This document shows, piece after piece, positions 42,375 to 56,600 of a stretch of 64,000 nucleotides of DNA (position 1 is the stretch's first letter; each line of letters opens with the position of its first letter). The position numbers and the translations under genes are program-made. The notes under the pieces were generated by a model. It saw only the letters and a list, made by a program, of their open reading frames with translations. It did no database searches and was not told the DNA's origin. This DNA is from the human T2T-CHM13v2.0 reference genome, Homo sapiens, in the NCBI RefSeq assembly GCF_009914755.1, contig NC_060933.1; one strand, written 5' to 3'.

Positions 42375-42925
42375 CACCATTTATTGAGTGTTTATTATTT
42401 GCCAAACACTGTGTGATATGGTTTGGCTGTGTCCCCACCCAAATCTCATCTTGAGTTATAGTTCCTACAATCCCCATATGTGGTGGGAGGGATCTCGTGG
42501 GAGGTAATTTAATCAGGGGCAATTTTCCCCATGCTATTCTTGTGATACTAAGTTCTCACAAGATCTGATGGTTTTATGAGGGGCTTCCCCCTTCACTCGG
42601 CTCTCATGCTTCTGCTTCCTGCTGCCACGTGAAGAAGGGCATGTTTGCTTCCCCTTCCACCATGATTTTAAGCTTCCTGAGGCCTCCCCAGCCGTGCTTA
42701 ACTGTGAGTCAATCAAACCTCTTTCCTTTATAAATTACCCAGTCTTGGGTATGTCTATATTAGCAGCATGAGAACGGACTAATACGCTGTGCTAAGGGTT
42801 TTATATGGATCATGTCATACAATTCTTCCAGCAACCTTGGGAGGTAGATTTTGTAACTAACTGTTCTCGCTTTTTACATGAAGAAACAGAGCATCAGAAA
42901 TGTTAAATGACTTGTTCAAACAGGT
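42375..42925 (-). mobile_element. MIR SINE split by a THE1 LTR
   Basis: catttattgagtgtttattatttgccaaacactgtg | ctaagggttttata...ttttacatgaagaaacagag...gttaaatgacttgttcaa. Confidence 0.7.
42414..42786 (+). mobile_element. THE1 (B/C/D-type) MaLR solo LTR
   Basis: tgatatggtttggctgtgtccccacccaaatctcatcttg...ttagcagcatgagaacggactaatac; 5-bp TSD ctgtg (42409-42413 / 42787-42791). Confidence 0.92.
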
Positions 42926-45459
42926 AATAAGGATTCCAGTGACTCTGAGGCCACTTCATTGTGATGCTTCCCAAATGTCAGCCAGACTGTGCTTTCTCAC
43001 ACCTAGCCCGACTTACAGACAGGAGCGAGGCCAGCAGAACAACTGTCCATAGTAAATAGTGTCTTCACAAGCCAAGGAGTATGGCTACCAGCCCAGTCCT
43101 GGGCCCTTCCCTGTGCTTGCTGCTCTATTTCAGAGTCTGTTGCCTCTTCCTTTTTGGCTCCTTTCAAGGTCTGCTGAGTCTTCCCTTACTTCTCTCCTAG
43201 AATGGAACAGTGTCTCCTGGTTGGATTGAGGCACACGTGCTCAGAGCGAGCAGCTCACAGCTTGGCTAGCTCCTGGTGGATGAGTAGTATGGTTGTGGGC
43301 TTGGGAGACAGCCAGCCTTGAACTTAGGAGCTGGCACTGGCCTGAGAGTCATTATCTGTCTCTAGTCCTTGGCCCCAGAGTGCCCTACATCTTCACCTAT
43401 TTTCTTGGGGTACCAAAAACTCCATTCCTGAAAATGTTTTTTGAAAATGTGTTATAACCTATAAAGTCATTATTCTTAATGATGCTGAGATTGTCTCAAG
43501 TTTTGCCAGTGGGGATCCCTTCAATTTGGCTCATTGTCCTTTTGACACAATATCCGTTAGTCTAGATAGCTTTCTTGATTTCTGGCACAAGATATAGCAG
43601 GTTCACCTTGCACTTGCACTTTTTTTAGAAACCAAAATATGAGCACAAAGTGTGCTCATTGCTACTGAGATGTTGTTGTTTCTAAGGAAGGTGCGTGTTT
43701 TTTGAGAATTATTCTGCTGTTGATAGCGTAGTAGAGTTGGAGTGGGGGTGAACAAGGAAACTGCTGCCTGGCCTTCAATTGGAAATGCCCAAAATTCCTA
43801 GGGATGTCAGTGACTGCAGCTCTGTCCTTGCTGGCTCCTGCTTGGTCAATGACTTGTCAGTCCCTTGTCATCAAGCAGTTGGGGACCTTTGATTACAAAG
43901 AACTCCTCTTTTTGCTGACAGAAAGACAACATTTCAAAAGACATTTCTTGTGAATTCTATTCTCCAGTGGTCCTTTTCTGCCCTTTGTGCCAAACTTGAA
44001 ACTGCAGGGAAATCTTTGTTACAGAGAATCCAGAAAAGACCTATTAACAGCATTGAGGCTGTGTCTGCCACTTCATGGCTGTGTATTTTCAGACATCATT
44101 GCTATTTTTCAGAATTAAATTAATTATCTTAATGGAGTACTTACTTGCTTAAGTTTAAAGTTCACTCCATTTTAATGTTTATTTTCTTGAGTGGCCCATC
44201 AAGGAAATAGGAAGAAGTAGTTTATTTTGTATTGTGGTTTGAGATAAGAGAGGTTTTTATTTATTATTAATTTTAAGTAAGGCACCCAAAGATAATAAAG
44301 GCCTAGGAAGGATAGTGAGAAGAATTTTGCCATGATACATATTTTCCTCAATAGGTCTTCCTCAGTGGTGGTTATGTATGTACGTTTATTTTAATACTCT
44401 AGTCTATGCCCTCTTTAATTCTTTGGCTTGATCTTTGTTTTGTTTTTCTTCTAAAGCCTATATATATATATTTTTTTTTTAACCTGCTAGTTTATAATGT
44501 ATCTTAAATTACATCCGTAACAAATCTGTGTTATACTGTGTACTCTTAATGTACATTTCCCTTCCTTTTGGTCTTTAAAAAGCAAGGGGTTTTATGTTTC
44601 TTAGTGGGACTGTAAGATAAAGTAGAATATCTTTGCAGGTTAATTGCTCTGTAATTAACCCAGATGGGGCAGAGGGCAGAGGACAGTTTTGACTTAACCC
44701 TGTTGGGAAACATCAGCAAGCTTTCACTTTACTGTAGAGCAATCCATTAGATTATGGTACTCTCAGCTACTTGACTAATATCCAGAGAAACCTTACTCCT
44801 TTTCCAGGGAATCCTGAGTTCCTCTGTTGATAAGATGACTTAATAGAAATATATTTTTAATGAATTCTTGACATTTGATAAATTAAGGCCATTTATTTTA
44901 GCAGAGAAAAAGGTGAAGTTCTACTTAGCCATTGGTGACTTACTACTTTTATTTAAAGAAGATGTTTTCTAATATGTTTTATTGACTAACCCTTATCAGT
45001 TATAAAATACCTGCTACTCTAGTTCTAGGCTAGTTCCTAAGGTGAAAATTTGCAAAGAAGCTTAAAAATGACCACTAAGTACAGAAAGGGGTCTCATTTA
45101 TTAATGTATACATTTTAAAGCCTACTGTAATATTTTAATATCTCTGTCATATGCCTTTTGGTGACTTAATTTCATTTTATCTTATAGTTTAATATTTTTA
45201 AAACACTTGATAAAAATTGCTCCCTTCTACAGGATGCCTGAGTATAATTTTTCTGTTTTGATATTTTGTATATGTATAAAACGGTGACTGATAAACATGA
45301 ATTTATGGTAGCTGCCTCTCATTTATTCTTCTTTAAGATCAAGGCATATACTATTAAGCAGTATGCCTGTAGGTTGGTTGTTACCATTCATAAAATCTTT
45401 GAAAGGACTTTATAATTTTGGTATAATAACAAATGAAAAAGCTTCTCTAAATGCAACGT

Positions 45460-45650
45460 TGTATGCTGGTTTGGATTCTGGGACAGAAAAATGACATTAG
45501 TGGAACAACTACAGAAATCTGCATAAAGTCTCTAGTTTGGTGAATAGCAATGAACTGATGTTAATTTCTTAGTTTTGATAAATTTTATGGTTATATAAAA
45601 TGTTAACATTAGTGAAAGGTAGGTAAAGAATATATGGGAACTCTATATGT
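45460..45650 (+). mobile_element. L1MC/MD-type 3' end fragment
   Basis: ggattctgggacagaaaaatgacattagtgg...tgttaatttcttagttttgataa...atatatgggaactcta. Confidence 0.6.
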
Positions 45651-47646
45651 AGTAGAAGCTTAACTCATTAAAAGCTTTGAATATATAGAGACATATGACC
45701 ATAGTTTGAGTTCATTAATTAGTTCAGGGAAAGTTTAGTGGTAGTTATATTTAAGCCCATTTATAATTCATAATTAGGAATTTAAAAATTAAAAGACCGA
45801 CAATAAAAATAAATGCACTTTTCATATGAGGGCACCAAGTTCTGTATGTTCGATCACTAAAAATATCAGTTTTACTCATTTTAGATTATTGCTGCTTAAG
45901 ATGTCCAGAATAGGCTTATAGTACAAGCAGCTTTTTTATTTCTTCTAGTTTAATTTTAAATTCAAAAGCTTGAAACATCTGGAAGAAAATAGAGTCAGAA
46001 TTCATCAGTGTATAAAATCATGCTGATATTAGTTGGTAATCTGTTTGCATACCTACTAAGTGTGAGAAATATCTAGGCACTATGGGAAATATTTTTTAAA
46101 TAGCTCTAATTAAGAGGTATGGCATACACAGACTTGTGCACACACACACGTAGCACATATATATGTATTTAAAAAGTCTTTTTTTGTCTTGGATTGTTAA
46201 GTATCTTAATGGTATTGAGCTTAAGTGGTGTCAGAATTGAGAGACAGTGGTGGAGATTACTTTGAGCCGGGGTGATGAGGGATGTCTCCACCGAGAAAGT
46301 AGGCAGGAGTTTAGCTTGGAAGGATGGGTAGAATTTATACATATAGAGACAGATGAGAGAGTACTCTGTGGGTGTGTGTTGATTAGTAGTAAAGCTGAGC
46401 CCTAGGAGTTTAGATGTCTCCCTAAACAGACTAGTGTTGCGGGCAGAGAGTTCCCTGGATGGTGTTGCACAGTAGGGTGGAGTTAGGCTGATGCTAGTTT
46501 ATGGAAAGTCTTGAATGCTAAGAAATTGGAACTTTTGTTTTTAAATAAAAGGGATCTGTTGCTTTTGGAACCAGAGAGTAACTATCAAAGGAGTATTTTA
46601 TTTTCAGTAGTATCAGAGTTTTGTATTGAGTTCTCGCTATGTTTAGGGAACTGAGCTAGGTGCCAGGGGTACTAAGAGGCCTGAGACTGGTCTCTTCTCT
46701 CCAAAGTCTCACAGTCTCTGGCAAGTCAGGGTCTTCTTATCTGTAAAAAGATGAATAACAATGCCTTTATGAGGCAGTATATGCCAGTGAATAATACAGG
46801 GAGCCCTATAAGATGATGGACACTTAGATTGCTTGGAGAAGGCTGTAGGGAACAGGTGAAACATAAGCTGAGCTGAGATAGGTGAGTACAACTTAGATAA
46901 GTAATGTGGAGGTTGTTCTAAAAGGTGCAGAAGGATATGAATTTAGGGAAAAAAACCACAGGTGGAGAAAGCAGTAAGGGTTCATTGTAACTAAAATAAG
47001 CTGATGGAGACTTAAAATAATCAGCATGTGAGGTGATGAGTCTGGTGAGTATCGTGACAAGTAGAAACAAGGGATTATTTGAGAATCTTCAGGACTTGGC
47101 AATTATCAATATAGGATAGCACAGAAGGATAACAAATTGTTGATGACCAGTAACTTGAGCCAGTAGAGGTTGGGTTTTGTGTCACACATTTTCATTTCCA
47201 GGTAATGCTGGACTTCCAAGTACAATTGTCTGACAAAAAGTTAGAATGGGGGTGTCAAAGTTTGGAAGACAATTGTGGGTCAAAGGTGGATAAAGATGGG
47301 TGAGGCCAGAGAGGAGCAAAGGAGCTAAAGGAGAAAAAATCAAGAAGGATATACAACTGCTGCATTCAGAGAGCCAAAGAAAGGCTGGCCATCGTGATGA
47401 TTTCAGTGTTCTTGAAGCAGGTGGAGGATATACTGTCTATGACTGCAGATACATCAGAAAAAGAAAACTGAGAAATGCTCAGTCACGTGTGAGTGGTCCT
47501 CGGTTTTATAAGAATGGTGGGCCTGCAGTCCAGATGATCAGGTCTAAGGAGTAAGTGTGTGTGTGTAGAGGAGGGGCTTGTTGAAGTGGAGGCAGCAGAT
47601 TTACCTCAGTGTTTGAAGAAGTTTGGGTGTGCGAAGACAGGGACGG

Positions 47647-47687
<41 letters not shown>
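47647..47687. repeat. (ACAT)n/(CA)n microsatellite
   Basis: Direct reading. Confidence 0.9.
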
Positions 47688-48265
47688 ACAAGGCAGTAGT
47701 TGAAGAGGGCAAAAGAAGGGTATTGTAGTTAAATTTAACAAACATCAAGTGCCAGTTTTGTGCAAGACACTGTGTAGGGGGCAGTGGAGGACACAAAAAG
47801 TGATTAAAATATAGTGGGATTTCTGTTCCCCTGAAAAGTACTGCCTCAAGTTCTTTTGACTTTAGATGGGCAGTTCATCTTAAACAAAATGTTGGACAAA
47901 ATCAGTGATGAAACAACTGAGGATGAAGGAGAGTTGGAGAGTTGAAGGAGCAGTGAAAAAGAATGGAAGAAAACATGATGTGCAGGTGGAGAGGCTGGCC
48001 TTTGAAAGGAAAAGGACCCTTCTCTAAGATTAGCATACAAGAGGAAGAGAAGAAGCTCATTTTAGAACTGTTCTGAGATAGAATAAAACCAAACAAGGAC
48101 CTCAGGAAGCCTTACTGTGAATGTCATGTATAACTATGATTTCTGCCTTTGAAAAGTTCTGGTCCAATGGAACGATGAGTCGGTGCTTATTTTTTATCCT
48201 GTAGGAGAAAAAGAATAAAAGTGACACACCTGGATCATTAAAGGTATTGGGCTTTGGCTGAGGGC

Positions 48266-48622
<357 letters not shown>

Positions 48623-49416
48623 TAATAGATACATTTTTAAAACTATCAAGATAATGTGTGAATATTTCAGGGTCTGCAGTTAGCTAGGATTTGTGAGATG
48701 TAGACTCATAGAGCTTAGATTCTAAGAAGGGAGGTAAGAAAGATGAGCATGCAGGATCTTAATAAATGCCTGCTCATTGACCTCTGATCTGAGGTAGAAA
48801 GTGGCTGTGTGTCCAAAACATACACAAGGAGTATTAGGGGAATTTAGAGGAGAAAGAATTGGAGCTATTTCTGTTTTTGAAACAAATTTGCCATATATTT
48901 ACTTCAAGTCCCTATTTTGTTTTCTTCATAGACGTTATTTTCTGCACTGTTAGGAAATATAATTTTGTGTGCATACTTTTTGATCCCCACTGAATAACAG
49001 TATGTAAAGAATTATGAACATGATTTTGGCCACTTAAATGAAGAGAATCACCTTATCTCAAAACTACCCAGTTAAGAAAACCTTCAGCAGGACTTGGAGC
49101 GTGGGTGGGGCTTGGTTGGTGGAGTATCTGGATGTGGCTCCCATTTTCCATTTTCTGCTTGTAAACTTGCTTTTCAAAGTGTTCATACTTTATTCTATTG
49201 ACTATATTTTAAGTGCATGTAGCCAGAACATAGGTACAAGTCAGTAAGAGAAAAGAACTAATTAATACTGTACTTGGACTTTTGTAGTCAAACATAGGAA
49301 GACATGTGGGAGTGGAAGAAAATAAACCTAATTTGGAGAGGAGAAAAAAAGGTCCACTTTTTTTCTCTGAGGTATTAATAAAAGCATTTTGAGATTTTTC
49401 TTGGTGGAATGATCGA

Positions 49417-49443
49417 TCTCTCTCTCTCTCTCTCTCTCTCTCT
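49417..49443. repeat. (TC)n microsatellite
   Basis: Direct reading. Confidence 0.9.
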
Positions 49444-50520
49444 GTCCCTGTCCCTATCTCTAGATATTTTGTGAAATTTTGCTTGGAAAGAAAATTATAG
49501 AAGGGACTATTTGGCTATCACAGGTTAGGCCTGGAATGTGATTTCTTTAAAGGCAAAAACTAAAATTCAGTCACTACAAAATTTAACCTGAGAATTACTC
49601 AATACTTGTTGTCATACAATATTGCTAAGCAGGGTTTGAGTTGAAGGGATTCCTATTGAGTAATACATTTAATGTCCTTCCTTCACCACCAACTCCTCCT
49701 CTCCCCCACTTCCCACTCAGAAGAGGCAGCAAGGCTTGCCCACCGCGGTTCCTGTAGCAGAGTTTGACGCAGCCTCAGCTGAGGTCAAGCACACCCATTC
49801 CAGCCTCTTGAGGGCTTTCTCTATGTGTTGCCAGTGTGCTGGTAAAAATGACTTTAAACTCTTGTCAGCGCAGTTACTGGTGCATGCATCACAGTCCCAC
49901 TCAAATAAACCTGTCACAACACAGAGTCGGCCGCTAGAGAAGAGTACAAGGGCAGGCCTCTAGCTTTTCATTCGAGCATCACTAAACGTGCACAGAGTGC
50001 CCAATTATTTCAGCATTATTGAGCAAGCCTACAGGAGGACCCAAGCCTTGCTACATTAGATTTTCTTTAGTAATTTGCTCAAGTACCGCTGAGGACACTT
50101 AAAGGGCTTAAAACGGTGGCTGCAACCAGTTTCCTTTTCTGGGTTGTTAATTCAGGTTTTCTCTTTCAAATTAACTCTCCCTGCATGCTGTGCAGTGGTT
50201 CTGGGAGAATTGTTTAACACTAATTTTCTCAATTTTCAGCTTTTTTTGTTCAACATAACTGCTTTAACAGTTACTCACGTATATGTTTTGATTAGAAATG
50301 TATGATAGCGAGGCCTTATTTTATTTTTTGAGATAAAAAAAGCCTTTTATGAGGTTTGTTAAAGAAATATGTTTGCATATCAACTATTGAAAGTTACTTA
50401 TATACTTTCACCACTTAAAAATTAAATTATTTATATTGCATGTGCAAAACCTCCAAGTATAAGAAAGGTAGCATTTCTTATACTTGACTACACAGCTCAT
50501 TTGCTCCTTCCCCCTTTTAA

Positions 50521-50867
<347 letters not shown>

Positions 50868-50973
50868 GGTGTTGGCTTTTTTACTGCCGATTTATGCCTC
50901 CTTTCTGTTTCTCTTGGGGCAGGGGTTGGATATGGGGGCAAATTCAATATCTGTGTTTAATTTTTCACAGCAG

Positions 50974-51175
50974 CAACAACTCCAGGCCCAGCATTTATCA
51001 CATGGACATGGTCTCCCCGTACCTCTGACTCCACACCCTTCAGGGCTCCAGCCCCCTGCCATTCCACCCATCGGTAGCAGTGCCGGGCTTCTGGCCCTCT
51101 CCAGTGCTCTAGGAGGTCAGTCCCATCTTCCAATTAAAGATGAGAAGAAGCACCATGACAATGATCACCAAAGAG
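50974..51175 (+). CDS. TLE4: TLE4 coding exon (202 nt, or 205 nt from NAGNAG acceptor at 50971), GP domain: [67 protein letters not shown]
   Basis: Acceptor tttttcacagcag; donor AGAG|gtgagt at 51176 (phase 1); peptide lies within ORF 50848..51183. Confidence 0.95.
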
Positions 51176-52439
51176 GTGAGTAACTCTCTTGGAATGCGAA
51201 TCTGAGATGACCTACTTGCTGCTGAGGGTAGGTTCTGGATGCTATTGTTTATTCTCTCTGAATTTAGTTTTACCAGTGACTAAACAAAGGATTTCCACTG
51301 GAAGGTAAATTAATTACTGCAAGTAGTCAATTGCCAAATGATATTCTAGTGGTTGGCAAGAGCTAACATACTCCCTAGAGGCAGAGGGGCCTATTTCTGG
51401 TTATTGCCTTTGATTTCTTGCTACCTTCTATGTTCCCCAGGTCTAAATCAGTAATGAAATCCCATGATGCTCTGTTTGAAGTAGCATGTTGCATTAATAG
51501 TTAACTTTGACTGAATTTATTTTGGGGAATGTCTTGCTGATAAATGCTCACTTGATATTTGACCAAATCAATTATTATTTATAAACAAATGAGCCTATAT
51601 AGAGCAGTAAAAATCTCACAGGTAAGAAAACAATTTCAGTAGTCTTAGTAATTAAGAAGGTACAGACCAAATTAATGAAATCTGTTGGTTTAACTCTCTC
51701 TCTCACCCAGTCTGTTTAGAAGCATGAAATTAACTAATTTCTTCCTAGAAGACCAACATAATTGTTTATGCAATTAATTGATTTAAAGGCCAGTTGTGCT
51801 CCTTCTAGGTTGATTTCCTTCCTCCACTAAGGTAGATGATGGTGCAGAAACATTTTGATGTGACTGTTGTTTTTCTTTGGTGCTTACTGATAATTTTTAT
51901 TAGTTGATGACAGAAATGCAGATGAAAAAGTCTCTCCCAGCATTCCTTTTTGGGAATTTACTTAGCACAAGGGTGGTTCATTGGCTTGAAGGGTGTGTTT
52001 CATAATTAAAAGCTCATACCCCTGTTTCAGCATCCTTACTATGAATTATAATATTAAGTCAGTGATTTTTATCACATATGCATAAATATCCATCTCTGAT
52101 ATTAAAAACACTGTAATTTGTCATCCAGTTATCTTAATGCTATGGTACAGAGTTGATGCATGATTGTAAATACTTTGAAAAAGTCTATAAGGAGCACAGA
52201 TAATAAGAATGTCCAGCTTTGGTTCTTCTGAAATTGTGTCAAAGGTAGATTGGTACTTTATGAATTTGGTTGTGCAGTATTAATAATTAATTTTACAGCA
52301 CAGTTGACATCTGTGTAATTTATTATTTAGCAGAGATCAAGTTTGATAAATCAGTATGATTTTATGTAAACTAACTAGTACTTTTCTTTTCTTCTTCCCA
52401 CCACTTTATCTGCTTGTGTTGCTGCTGTTTTGCATATAG

Positions 52440-52456
52440 ACAGAGACTCCATCAAG
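52440..52456 (+). CDS. TLE4: TLE4 17-nt coding microexon, (D)RDSIK
   Basis: Acceptor tgcatatag (AG 52438-52439); donor AAG|gtagga at 52457; G+AC AGA GAC TCC ATC AAG restores phase 0 and gives DRDSIK, as in TLE4. Confidence 0.92.
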
Positions 52457-53242
52457 GTAGGACTCAAAATTTACAGACTAAGGAATGGCTTAAAAGGGCT
52501 GTAAATGATTTGAATGAATCTAGTAAAGAATTCTTTGAGATTTAGAGAATGATTTCATTGGTTAGTAGTGGTTAACTGCATTTTTAAAATTACTTTCAGG
52601 TGTGTGGTTGATTTTTTTTTTTTTTTTTTAAAGGTCCCATTTCTCTATCAGAATCAGATTTGTTGACCCAGGTTGAATTGCAAGATCTGGCTTGCATTGC
52701 TCATTTTATTATTTGCCATGTGAAAAAAAAATAACTGCTTTTCTTCACTTAGGCTTTGGCTGTAAGATAACAATGAAATGAATTAAATAAATTGGTTTGT
52801 AAAGAGATACATATTAGTTTCATATTTGAGGAAACAGCTCCAACCTACAAAAATATTTGTTTAAGTGAATGGTGCATTTTTTTTTTTTTTTACCACTAGA
52901 AATAATTTTCTCTTTTAAATTTAAGTGAATTTTTTTCACCAACTTTTCTTTCAAATTAACATTTTGGTATCTGGTATAACAAGTTAATTCTCTTTAGGTT
53001 TTGCATCTGTCTTATCTGCCTTTTGTATCTCTTTATAGACAAGTTGTAGGGAAAGAGGAAAAGTATTTAAGGTCTAATGATTTGGGTATGCTTCTATACC
53101 TCCAGAATGGGATGTGCTAAGGATACCTGAAGTTATTTAGTAAGCAAACAAGAAAAATAGGCTGCCATGGCAGGAAATGAGTAAGGCATGAAAATTAATG
53201 TGATCACTTATGAACCAGACACAATATAAATACACCATTGTA

Positions 53243-53602
<360 letters not shown>

Positions 53603-56600
53603 TTACTTATTGGTTAGAAGGAAAGGACAGTTCTCAACCATTGGCCGAGGTACAAATGCTGTCTATTTCTTTATATCTTACAACAGTTGAATGTTTTGGA
53701 GTATAGGTAGTTATATCTTGCAGTTTTTAATGGAGCTATGTATATGAATGCTAAAATTTTCTCCCAGAACCACTGTGCTAGCACTTTGAATGCCTTTTTA
53801 CTCCTTGTCGTTTTACAATTAAAGGAATTTTTTTTTCAGAGCCCTTAAGTAATGGAAAATAAAACTTGAGCCTATCTGTTTTACCCTTCAAGAATCTTTG
53901 TAATTTGAAAGGGCATCTGCACTCCCATGTAAATGTCAACATTTACAATTAGAACTGAACACATTGAATTATTTAATTATGCATTTGCAGTTGTGTATTT
54001 TGTTGTATCATATGCATATCAGTACTTAGACTAAAAAAGCATTCTTAAAGTATATTAAGTGTTTTTCACACATGTGTACTTAGGAAGTAGTAAGTAAATG
54101 CAGTGGCTAGGATTAACTGATACCAGCCTTTGAAAGCCTGTCCAGTTATTCTGAGGTCATAATATAAACATTCCCTGCCTTCTTATTATAAATATATACC
54201 TTTAGGCAGTCCAGTGAACTAAACAAAAGCCTCCACTCCCAGAAGACTGTGAAAATATTTATACTTCAGTGTACACTTTTGTGTCAATTACATTTTCTTA
54301 TTCCCTCATGCAAGAGTAAGGGTGTGTTTTGAAATCATCAATAATCATTCAGGGTGAGCCTGGAAATGAGTATCTGTATAGCTAGAAGCCAGGGAAAAAC
54401 AAGAAAGGCTGATGATTTTGCCTTGATTTATTATGGGATGGCATCTATAAATAGATGTTTTGGTTGGGTACCATTCTCAAATTTGAAGTTGTATTACGTC
54501 AGGTCTGGGACTGTCCTATAGTTCTACAAGGTGAGATAGTTTGCTTATTTTTCTGAATGTGTTCTGTGATGCTCAGAGAAGCAGTTGTAGTTGCTTGTTC
54601 CATCGATCGTCCTCCCATAAGTGGTTCCTGGTTAAGAGGGGCTTTTTATGATTGTCTGCTGTGTGACTCTAGATGGTTTTTATCAGCCAGAGCGTGCCAG
54701 TTGCCTGCAGCTGGAGTCGAGCTTGTATGAAATAATTTATTTATGCAAGATAATGCTCCTTAACATTTAACAGGTAATGAACGTGACATAAATTTCCTTC
54801 TTGCTTTTAATTTTTCCCTTTCCTCTTCTAATGTGCAAACAGGCAGCTCTGGTACTCTAAATAATAAGTAATTTTTGGCCATCTGTCAAAAGGAAATTTC
54901 AATACAAATTTAAATTAATGGTGCCTGAAATTTTTTATAGCTCCTCTAAAAGCCTCTAATGTGCAGAAAATTCGGAATCTGCTGGTAGTAATTAGTGTTG
55001 CATGTAATGAGGATGTGGGCAATCTTATACAGCCCCAGTGGAACATTTTGATATGGTAGCAAAATTTTGATTTATACAAGGTTGTAGATGGGTTTGATTG
55101 TGAGAGATACTTTAAAATGTTTTCTTGACGTTACAGATTGTTAAACAGGGCAGATTTCAGAATAGCTTATAAACTATAAATTTAAACTTACTGTAAAGAT
55201 TTAAGTAATTTAGGTACTTTACCTTTAGATGCCAAGTAAAATTCACTTGTTAACATGTTGGGCCTTTTTTTTCCTTTGTCTTTCTCTTCTGGGAAGTTCT
55301 GTGGCCACCAAATTGCACGCTGTTGGCTTTATTGATCTCTTTTTCTATAGCTCCTGTAGCCAAGTTCATTCCTAAGCCTGTTATTTGCAGACCTGTATCT
55401 GAAGTTTTTCAACAAAGGTGGAGAATGTAAATATGGATCTAAAGGAGAAAACACTGTAGGAGCCCAAGAATCAGTTTCCTTGATGATGAGAAACTAGACC
55501 AGTGTGTGTTGTAGGGCTGTTGAAGTCAGGAGCCATGGCACCTGCAGCCTTCCTTGCTTGTCACTTGGCTGTCCAGTGACTCCATGTGCCCAACAGTAAG
55601 TCCCACATTTGAGGCCTGAAAATGACAAGAAACACAGACTGTGATCCACTCTCACCCTTAATGGTAGGGCAGAAAGCCCAAATTTATCTCTCCAAAAAGA
55701 ATCCAACGTAGGCTAAGGGGGAGTGTTCTCACCATCTTATGTAGTATCAAGAACCATTTCTCTCATCCCTAGAAAAGTCGTAAGTGACACCAAGGAAATG
55801 TTTTCTGAGGTGATGGAATCTTCCATTGCCCACCCCCTCTCATTGAGGGCTGAGGGGTAAAAGTGATGGGCTCTAAAATGGTGTCAGAGGGGACATTCCC
55901 TTGTGCTGCCAGGAGCTTCCCACTTGATGGAGGTTCCAGTTCATTAAGAGGAGTCAGCTGCCCAGACTGAACCAGTGCTATTAGGTTCCTCATAGCACTC
56001 TCCAGTTCTTTTCTGAGTGACTGAAATGAGGGTAATGATTCAGAGCTGTGAAGGCCAAAATTGCCTGAAACTTGGTAAGAATCTGAGGTTCAGAAATCGT
56101 CTTATTTCCCACTCCGTCCCAAATGTGTGCATAATTCCAATATCAGGTAGCAAAAAATAGGCACCAAAATCAAGACCAGCTTAAATATAAGTCGCAAAAT
56201 TCACTATCACCAAATGCTCATTAGCTCCGTGGCCTCAACCAAGTTGCTATTATTGTGCATTCTTTATTACTTTGTAAGTCCTTTTCATGTATCTGCCTGG
56301 TTCTCCTGTGTTTTATCCTGAGTGCAATAGCCTTCTCAAGTCACATCTATGAGGGATTTGCCTTTTTTATCTGTAAAATATAGCACGAGTACTTTTTCTC
56401 CTCTGTGCCTATGCTTACCCAGTACAAACATTTTTTCCATCTGAGTGGTGGTGTTTTTATTTTTGTTATTTCATTGGAATGTCTTCAAGCCCAGAGTGCT
56501 GGATGCATCATCAAAGAGTATGATCATTTTTAGTGACTTGTGCAGTGCCAAATTGATCTCCTAAAACCCTGTACTAATTTAAAATGCCAAATGCAATGTT

